From assembly GCA_049999805.1 (NCBI GenBank), contig JBNGIO010005938.1:72434-112555 (forward strand): DNA of 40,122 nucleotides. Reading direction: 5' to 3'. The number at the start of each line of letters is the position of its first letter. Position 1 is the first letter of the stretch. Source of the DNA: Folioceros fuciformis (Eukaryota). A program made the translations under genes and the position numbers. Positions 31,902 to 40,122 of the stretch are shown one piece after another. Under the pieces are notes generated by a model. The model was not told the origin of the DNA. It did no database searches and was given only the letters and a program-made list of their open reading frames with translations.

Positions 31902-34692
31902 ATGGCGACCAGGAGCAGCACCAAGCAGCGACGGGTCACCAAACGATCAGAGCTGGACCCAGAGCCGGATCCGGATCCAGACGCGTCTTCATCGAAACAT
32001 TCCGGTGCTCAGGAGCGGGCTAAACCACCGGATCGTCAAGCAAAGGATTTGGACTGGTTATCTGCCTTTCTCATTCTGCTCGTGTCCCGATACTTCAGCG
32101 CCAGGTCCAACTTGATTCACGACTGTGACGAAGTGTTCAACTACTGGGAGCCCCTTCATTTTTTACTGTACAAATCTGGTTTCCAGACGTGGGAGTACAG
32201 GTTGGTACATACATCTTTGCGGTATGTTGTGAATTTTAGGCTTGTCGGGTTGCTGAAGGAATTGGCTGACTCTGTTGGTTCACAGCTCGGAGTTCGCTTT
32301 ACGGTCATACCTCTATCTGCTGCTTCATGCTGTCGTTGCAGGGCCAGCGTCCTGGTGGTATAGTGGCCATGCTGAAAAGGTGAGGCTCCCTTGGCATGCC
32401 TCTATGTGTTACTGGTGCGAGAACGCTGGCTGAATGTGCTTCTGAGTCTAAACTTCATGTGCAGGTGCAAGTGTTCTTTGTGGTTCGGTTGGCACTGGGG
32501 GCAGTCTCAGCAGCTACAGAGGCTGCACTATGTGCAGCTTTATCGAGACGTTATGGGAAAAGGCTGGCCATGTACACGCTTTTGCTCCTTTGCTTCACAA
32601 CCGGCATGGTCACTGCCAGCACCAGTACGTTGCACATCCTCGCAGCTGTTTGTCCACGAGATGGGGGGATTTGAAATCTTGTATACCACAAGTAGATCAC
32701 ACAGGCTTTGTTGTTTGCTTGCATCTTTGGGACGTCTGAATCTCACCTTTTATGTCACTAGGCTTTCTGCCGAGCACTTTCTCCATGTATGGCATCACTC
32801 TCGCAGCAGCAGCCGTAGTTGCAAACAGACCCTGTGCAGCAGTGGCAACTGCAGCTTTCTGCGTGCTGGTGGGCTGGCCGTTTTCTGCGTTGGCTGCAGC
32901 CCCACTTGTTCTGCATGCACTGGCCACCGGAAATTTCATTATGGTCTTCTTGGCAGGGCTGGGAACATCGACCGTAACCCTGGTCAGAGCTGTATGATGC
33001 CTGGTCTGTTTTCCTCATTGCCTGGTGAGGAGGAGCCTGATTTTCTTCTGCAATGGCAGGTCTCATCCCTGCTGGTGGATCGCTTGTTTTATGAAAGGTG
33101 GACATCCTCGGTGCTGAACCTTGTGGCCTACAATGTGGTCGGAGGAGGTGGCAGTGCTCTCTATGGGGTTGAGGGGCCTCTGTTCTACCTTCGAAACCTT
33201 CTAAACAACTTCAACCTTGCTCTACTATGTGCACTGCTTAGCCCATTCGTCCTCCGGATATCTACGAAAGGTGGCCCTGATGCACCAAGATTGAAGTACG
33301 GTTGCCTTCACGTGTTGCAGCTCTCAGCGTTTTTGTGGGTGGGATTTATGACACTGCAGGCGCACAAGGAGGAGAGGTAGAAATTCAGTGTCCTGCTCTG
33401 AAAATGCTGAAGCATTACGTCAGATATGCTTTCTTGGAGGACTCTCCGAGCATGGTCTTCTTCATTCATGATCCCAAGAAATAATGCCAAGTCCTCTGAC
33501 GACCTTACAGGTTTCTGTATCCAGTTTATGCTTTAATATGTGTCTGTGCGGCGGTGACTATAGAGAGGCTCCCAGATTTCATCCCACAAGCTCTTCTAGA
33601 CTTTGACGACCGCATGAAAACGGTTAGCTTCTGGAAGCGTGATGTTGCTAGGAGGTGGGCTATGATAGGCAGGGCAGGGCAGGGCATGAGAGTCTTTTCC
33701 CCATCCTTATTTGCATTTTGACTTTTGAGTTCTCTGTTACCTTCTCCAGGTCTCCAATATTTTGCGTCCATTGGCTCTAGCGGCGGTAATTGCGCTCTCG
33801 TACAGCCGAACTGCAGCTCTCCTGAATGGCTACTCTGCACCAATGGACATCTACCGCAATCTTCCTGCAGAGAAAATCATGTCCTCAGTAGTTCCAGGCA
33901 CTGGTACGAGAGAAGCAGATGTCTCCCCCTTGCTGCATTGCCATGTCTTGGCTGTGCGTGGGGGAAAGTGAAGGGGCACGCCATTTGGCTTGCCATCACT
34001 CTGCACCTATCTAACAGAGCAGTCTGCTTGCAGGGACAAGTTTAGTGTGCGTTGGGAGTGAATGGCACAGGTTCCCATCGTCCTTCTTCCTACCGTCTCC
34101 GAGCTACGAAGTCAGGTGGCTGGACGACGGCTTCACCGGGCTACTCCCTCGCCCCTTCGACCCAGCCCAAGGGGGTACTGCTGCAGCACCAAGCTATTTC
34201 AACAACAAAAACCAAGCCTCAGCTGGGCAGTTTGTAAGCCTCTTTCATTCCTGGATGAAGCCACTTCTGGAGCACTGGTGGGTCCTGGTCCCACGAGTCA
34301 CTTCTTTGCTCTTCACGATGACTGATGCCCTGTGCTGTTCTGCCCTGCCATGCCCTGCCATGCCCCTTATCTCACCCTCCAGCTGATTGGTACGGACAAA
34401 TGCTTGTACTTGGTGGAGCTTCAACTAGAGAGACCTGGGATATCATACCGCGGTCACGATGAGGAGGAATGGCAGGTGACAGAAAGCTCCCCACTTCGTC
34501 CTCTGTTGGACTACATGACACTGCATTTCTTGCCCAACTCATGCCCTCAATTTGCATTCTCAGGTGGTCGCTGAGAAGGCATTTCTTGACAACGGTCGTT
34601 CTGCTCCAGCCAGGCGAGCTTTGTTTATCCCTTGGTACTGGCAGAAGGTGAATGTTTTTGCCGGGTACAGACTTCTCAAGAAGAAAGCGTGA
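31902..34692 (+). CDS. ALG9: Dol-P-Man-dependent alpha-1,2-mannosyltransferase (GT22)
   Basis: Multi-exon gene with IHDCDEVFNYWEPLHFLLYKSGFQTWEY|SSEFALRSY, FLPSTFSMY, GWPFS, LYGVEGPLFYLRN, QAHKEER|FLYPVY and VCVGSEWHRFPSSFFLP. The C-terminus is RLLKKKA*. Confidence 0.96.
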
Positions 34693-35065
34693 AGTTCAAC
34701 GCACCCTGAATTCACGACAAACTGAACACTCAATAAAGCTAGGTTTATCGGACGTCCTGAGTTGGTTGCCGCGTTGTTAAGTTGAATGTTAGCCACAAAA
34801 CGGGCATGATGTGAGACACTTACGTCGATGGGCAATGAGGAAAATATAGAATCTGTGTGCCACGTCGAGATTCTCGTGAGCTGCGGTAGCTTTCGGCTGG
34901 AAGCGGCTTGCACACGAGACCCTTGGATTCGGCTTCTTCTTCTTCTCCTTCTTCTTCGATTCTCCTCTCACTTAATCTGCGGAGCTCTAATGGAGGTGTA
35001 ATTGTTTAACTAGTCGCACCTGGTGGATCTTGAGGAGTGAATGATCTGCCAGTCTGGAGGCTGCA

Positions 35066-35858
35066 ATGGCGAATCCCATTCCACGCAGGGTGCTCGTTTT
35101 CGGATTTGCGCTACTCATCCTGTCTTACGCGGGTACTCCATTTGCCTGTGTTTCTTCTCGGCCGCAGCAACTGCAGAAATCTCATGTCCCTGTTGCTGTG
35201 GATCTGTATTGCAGCTGAAAAATCCCGATTGCTCATTTCTGAAGACTCTTCATCGGTCACTGGCCGGAAATTCTCTTGGCTGGATTGCTTCGACTTGGGC
35301 TTAGGGACAGCGGGCTGCCTGGCCAAGGAGGGGACAAAGCTGTACACCAACAGCTTCAGGGCGCGGCTGGTGGAGGAGGCCAAGCACAAGGCCTTCAGCA
35401 TCGCCTACCAGGCAGCCTTGGACAAGGGCTTGGCGGCCAAGCTGGCTGCGGAGGAGGCCAAGGTTTCAGGGCTGAAGGCTGGCAAGTTGGCTTCCAGGAG
35501 GGCGAAGCGGGTAACAGGGCCTGTGTTTGCAGCTGCCTGGGATCTGTTCGAGGTGATGTACTATGGCGGCACAATTGTGGAGGCCGTGGTGCGGGGAGCG
35601 GGAACCTTAAGTGGCACATGGTTTGGTGGCTACTACGGCGAGCAGGGGCTGGGGCGGCTTGGCTTTTTCGTTGGAAGTCATCTGGGAAGCTGGGCTGGAG
35701 GCAGGGTCGGCCTCATGGTGTACGATGTGATCAGCGGAGCGCAGGTGCTCATTTCCGGCGTGCAAGAGTTTCTGTCCTTCCCTCCTGAAGAGACCTCGGA
35801 ACCTGGTAATGAAGTAATGTCAGAAGAACTGCATGAAGTAGCCTCAGACGAACTGTGA
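35066..35858 (+). CDS. Glycine-rich membrane/secretory protein of unknown function ending in SDEL
   Basis: Exon 35066-35132 (MANPIPRRVLVFGFALLILSYA, signal-like) and exon 35215-35858 are in phase. Contains DCFDLGLGTAGCLAKEG, Gly-zipper-like GTLSGTWFGGYYG...GSHLGSWAGG, and ends VASDEL*. Confidence 0.8.
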
Positions 35859-36177
35859 ATCGGCGACCGCCCCATACACCAGCCAGTCCATGCTTGTACA
35901 ATATTCATTCTGTGTGGCTTCATTTTCCTCGGGCAATACATTTGATGTCCAAGGCCCGAGGAGAAAACTGGATTTTGAAGCTTCCTCACTCTCCGGAGAA
36001 CTAGAGGATGTCCCACTTCGGGATAGGGTAGTGGTAAGAGGCTTGTCTTTCTGCTTGACATCCTTGTGGTAAGATACATTGCCGTCCAGCTGATGTAGCA
36101 CATCTGCTTCTTTGTTAGCAAGCATGATGAAATTTGAAGATCACGGAAGTTGCTGGCAAAACAGTCTATGCTCTTGG

Positions 36178-36942
36178 TTACCACTCAGGTCCAGCATCCC
36201 ACTTAAGAGTTGCAGAGTTGATATCCGTTTCACGCTTGGCCTTGTCTTTGACAAACCAGTCGCAGATGATACCTGCGTTCAGGTCCGGTATGGGAACTCC
36301 TTCCTGCTCGGAGATCGTCCGTAGCAGATTCAAGGAAGAAACCTACAAGGCAGCCGAGACGTAGCATGAGACGATTACTCCAGAGGAATAGAGGAAAGTC
36401 GTGATCCGTTGCCATCCACTCACTGTGAGACGAGCCAGGAATCGCTCGTGCATGTCGAGCTTAGACATTTCTATGAGTCCAGCTTCTTCTGGAGACAGGA
36501 ATGTGGCTGGGCCACCGGCAGCAGCGGCAGCTATCAAACTCTTGCTCGTTCTCCTGCCTCTATCTTGTGCCTTCCATAGCTGACCTGCCGCAGGTGTAAA
36601 ACAGTCAATACCATCCTGAACCACAACAACGCTTTGCCTCGGTACAGCAGGGTAAGATGCAAACCTGGAGTAAAGTGACGTCCCATCAATCCTTGCCTGG
36701 CAGCATGTTGGCCAGCCTCAGTTCCCGCTCGAGTGGCCGCAGCAAACGTAGGGCAGAGTGGAGGAGAGGAAACGGATGCAGAGAAGGTCAGGACTGCTGC
36801 AAGGGCGGAATGAACGTTGTTACAAGATGACGCAAAGCTGGAGCGAGAGGAATCCGCGATGCAGCTATCAGGCATTCAATCTCACACTGCTGCTGCGACC
36901 AACATCCGCATCACAACTCTCACCTGGCGTCATAGATGCCAT
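36178..36942 (-). CDS. Plastid-type protein of unknown function
   Basis: Four in-phase exons. An Ala/Ser/Arg-rich transit-like N-terminus precedes FLSPEEAGLIEMSKLDMHERFLARLT|VSSLNLLRTISEQEGVPIPDLNAGIICDWFVKDKAKRE...LKWDAGPEW*. The acceptor of intron 1 is uncertain (CAGCAG). Confidence 0.78.
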
Positions 36943-37629
36943 AGCGAAACCGCCAAAAATCGACGTCGGCTTTCTGTGACTCGAAGAAAGAGGACTCGGC
37001 GAGATGGGCCTGCTGCAGTGACCGGCCATCGCCGGTCAGCGGATTCCTGGACGTGGGAGCACAGCGATGAATAGCGACTGTCAGGACTTTGCGGCTGTGT
37101 GACGGTATCTAGCCGCTTATGCAAGCCTGTTGGCTAAGCAGGTGCTGCTGAATCTGCGCAGGTTTCGTGTCGACACGCTACTGCGACCGGCGATCGCCCC
37201 AACGCGCTAAGCAGGAGCTCGCAGTCCCGACCAGGTGCGTGACAGGGATCTGTGATGTCTGACCAGTGTGCCGTAAGATGCTGCTTGAAGCAGCTCTTGA
37301 GTCTGTTCCTGGCCCCGGAATTGCATGTGAGGGAAGGGAAGGGAAGGGAAAGAGAAATCGGAGCTGTCCTGTATGTCCGATGGCCTGGTGCTGAGGAGAT
37401 CGGCTTTGTTCATTTTGTGGAACGGGGTGTGCATCAGAGTTGATGAAGATGCTGGATTCACCCTAAGTAGATGCATGCGCTGCTATGGGTGGTGAGATTT
37501 GTGGGTGTCACGTGGTCGCCTCCGATCTGCTTTTGCCTTTCCTCTCTCTGATGTAGTGGCATGTTGCATGTGCCAGGTGTGAAACAGGTTTGCGCAATCC
37601 TTCTGTTTGGCTTGGATTTTCGGGACAGG

Positions 37630-38421
37630 ATGGCTACAGAAGCAAGGACTGTTGCAGTTGCGTTTGATGGCACCGTGGGCAGCACACACGCGTTGAGCTG
37701 GACTTTGGAGAACATTGTGCGAGAGAATGACGTGCTCATTGTCCTCGTTGTAAACAAAGACGATGCCGAGGGCATCGCCGACTTGTGGGCGGAGACTGGA
37801 TCACGTATGTTTCTAGTTTGGCACCAGTCCCTGTTCAGCTGCAGGGATACCGTGGAGCGCTGCTTTTCTTTTCATTCGAACTGACGCCGCATGCATGTTG
37901 CCAGCTCGCATCCCCCTGAAGGAGCTCCCGGACGAGTCCCGCCGGTATCGGATAAAGTTTGAACAAGGGACTTTCAGCTCGCTGGAAGCTGCTGCGACAA
38001 AGAAAGGGGTAGGCCATGTTGTGTCAGCAGGGAAGCCGTTACTGCACTGTTGTGCGGATCGTGAATCTTTTGGCTCACAGCAGGGCTCTGTGTGCTGCAG
38101 GTAAGAATCTTCGCCAAAGTGTACTGGGGAGATGCAAAGGAGAAAATTTTGACAGCTGTTAAAGACGAGTCAATCGGCCATCTGGTTTTGGGCAACCGAG
38201 GTTTGGGGACTGTGAAGAGGTAAGGACTTGCCGTACAGCTTTCATTGCATCCCAAATGCGTCCGACCCCCGTATATCCCCACTATCGTGTTTCTCAAGTC
38301 TGGATTCTGCTGACCTTTGTCGCCTGCTGTAAAATGCTGCAGAGCAATCCTGGGGAGTGTGAGTAACTACGTCGTCAACAATGCTGCCGTGCCTGTGACC
38401 GTCGTCAAGACTCCGTCTTGA
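37630..38421 (+). CDS. Universal stress protein A-like (PHOS32/34-type)
   Basis: Four exons give MATEARTVAVAFDGTVGSTHALSWTLENIV...LWAETGSP...KVYWGDAKEKI...LVLGNRGLGTVKR|AILGSVSNYVVNNAAVPVTVVK, the UspA G-x2-G-x9-GS motif. Confidence 0.93.
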
Positions 38422-39560
38422 AGCTACTACCGGCGTTCTTCTGAGAGTCCGTTGTCTTGGACCGGTGAAATCCACTCGCAGCTGCTCATACCGTATTGGA
38501 GTCCGTAGTTTGTCCTAGATTTGTATTGGGAGCACCAGTTCCAGGCTGATCTACCTCTTTCTCGCATTCGCGCTCGGATGTTCCCAGGTTCCTGTGCTAA
38601 TATTGTGAACGGTGACAAGATTTTGCTGAATGGGTGCCTACCTCACAGTGACCAGACTTTTCACTGGACACTTGGAGGATGTAAACACTTCACTTCAGCA
38701 CACTGCAAGTTGTCATTTATTTTCTCTTGAATACAGACTGTAAGAGTTTTCTTTCAAGTGCCCGTCTCCTCGCCACGAACATTGTATTGAGCAAGAAGCC
38801 TGCAGTAGCTGGAGCGAGCTTGTACAGTCCAGCTAGCCTGACCTTGTCGTCTGTGGTAGATTATGGCCACCTGCAGTGCAGTGTTGGTATGCATTGTACA
38901 CATGTACTGTCATGAGGATCATGCATCTCTCATGCGCGTGCCACTGGCAGGGCCGTATGTGACATACACATACAAGGAAAAGGAAAAGGAAAAGCAGCTG
39001 GGCAAACAGGGAGGAACCTGGAGAGGGGCGCACTGGTGAAGCCAAGATCCTGTCGTACAGGGAGCCTATTTATGTAAGGTTTTGTATTATGCAAGCCATT
39101 TTATTTAAAACGTGGCCGTTCCTAGAACTTCGGGCTATTTGCTCCTATTTTGGAGGCTCACTCTGGGAGCCGATGTCGTGTGAGAGCTGCATCATCCGGC
39201 GTGCTGGAAAGAGCCGAAAGTCGGGTTGCATTTCTGTATAGAGAAAGTGAGTGTCGTGCGAGCGCCGCAGACTGCTCCTATAGTCCAGGACAATTGTCCT
39301 GACATTGTTCATCTGATGTGCATGCTGTGGACGGTGCCTGAAGCTTGGCCTCGCTACTGCTGCTTCTGTTCCCAAGCTTGGCCCTGCGACTGCTTCTGCT
39401 GCTTCATGTGGCAGTTGCTGTACAAGTTGAGGCCAGGAGGAGCTTGTGAGGTGGCCCGGGACATGGGGTGATGAAATGCCCCGCGCCGAAGCGGACGACT
39501 CCTTTGCATTTCGCAGAGTGTGAGCCGCCCAGCCCAGCCCAGCACCAAGAAACCCAGAAG

Positions 39561-39963
39561 ATGGACGCCGTCAACAGCAAGGCGAGTTGGGTGATTGTGG
39601 CCTTGGCCGCCATGTTAGGGGCCAGCGTATCGGCGGTCTCGGCTTTCGTGCTGCACAAGCGCGCCCTGGACCACTGGATGGCCAAGACAGCGGAGTTGCG
39701 GCAGGCAAGCTTGGACAACGACGCCGGGGAGAGGGACAGCCGGAGGCGGAAAGGGCGGAGCTCTTCCCGCCAGCGCCACCTTGGGATGGCCAAGGACGTG
39801 CTGGGCAGCTCCAGTTCACTCTCCGACTCTGCCTACGGCAATGGAGACCAGAAGGTCCGGGGGCCTGCTGCTTACTTCGTCGTGCAGGACAGAGACGGCG
39901 AGTTGCACGCCTCCATGAGCTCCATCCCGCCCGGCCTGCCCCGAGTGCAGACGCGCAGAGAGG
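39561..39963 (+). CDS. AMPD: AMP deaminase (FAC1-like), first coding exon; gene continues beyond the window
   Basis: MDAVNSKASWVIVALAAMLGASVSAVSAFVLHKRALD (N-terminal membrane anchor) ... SSSLSD ... SIPPGLPRVQTRRE, followed by a GT donor at 39964. This matches the plant AMPD N-terminus; the catalytic domain is not in the window. Confidence 0.85.
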
Positions 39964-40122
39964 GTGCGCTCGTCACGTCTTGTCCTGTCTGCTATCCTTC
40001 CTCGATCGTCTCTTGCATGCCTGCTGGTGTTTCCCGTGTCGGCTTCATGTCGCAATTTGCATTACGCACTGGCGAATTGCTTTCCTCTCGAAATTGGGCT
40101 GCTGAGCGCTCGAGCTCTCTCA

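Noticed and set aside
9501-34692. DPM3 and ALG9 as a Dol-P-Man pathway gene cluster
   Set aside because: They are 22 kb apart with about nine unrelated genes between them; chance proximity is adequate without synteny evidence.
37325-37555. Possible pre-miRNA hairpin or C/D snoRNA upstream of the USP gene
   Set aside because: Pairing is mostly a (GGGAA)n tract against a polypyrimidine acceptor tract. No known miRNA was recognised, and the 8-bp stem overlaps the would-be D box.
39226-39471. Cys-rich ORF (..YCCFCSQAWPCDCFCCF..) as a metallothionein-like peptide
   Set aside because: It arises from a short (CTG/CTT)-rich duplication and lies almost entirely in the predicted AMPD 5'UTR intron.

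Overview
Gene-dense nuclear DNA of a seed-free land plant. Short GT-AG introns (~65-140 bp), tiny intergenic spaces and long intronless PLS-class PPR genes with a 'PGQSWW' box fit a hornwort best; this is inference, and a lycophyte is not excluded. Gene order: RPN12 (start codon just outside the window), UBP23-like deubiquitinase, an AT-rich TE island with a Copia RT remnant, DPM3 followed by an 87-aa ORF, NIFK/Nop15-like RRM gene (-), a disabled two-exon gene with tandem Alba-like domains, RBM7 (-), a small protein of unknown function, an intronless cytosolic pyruvate kinase, three paralogous PLS-PPR genes plus a decayed fourth, ALG9, a Gly-rich protein ending SDEL, a plastid-type unknown protein (-), a universal stress protein and the first coding exon of AMP deaminase. 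Four observations stand out. (1) DPM3 and the downstream ORF look like one spliced bicistronic transcript. (2) A ~230-bp inverted duplication gives the intronless pyruvate kinase a copy of the NIFK promoter/leader. (3) The Alba-like tandem-domain gene is highly divergent. (4) The PPR cluster has WW-type DYW domains truncated to different depths. All gene models were built by eye and family calls rest on recalled motifs; no searches were run.
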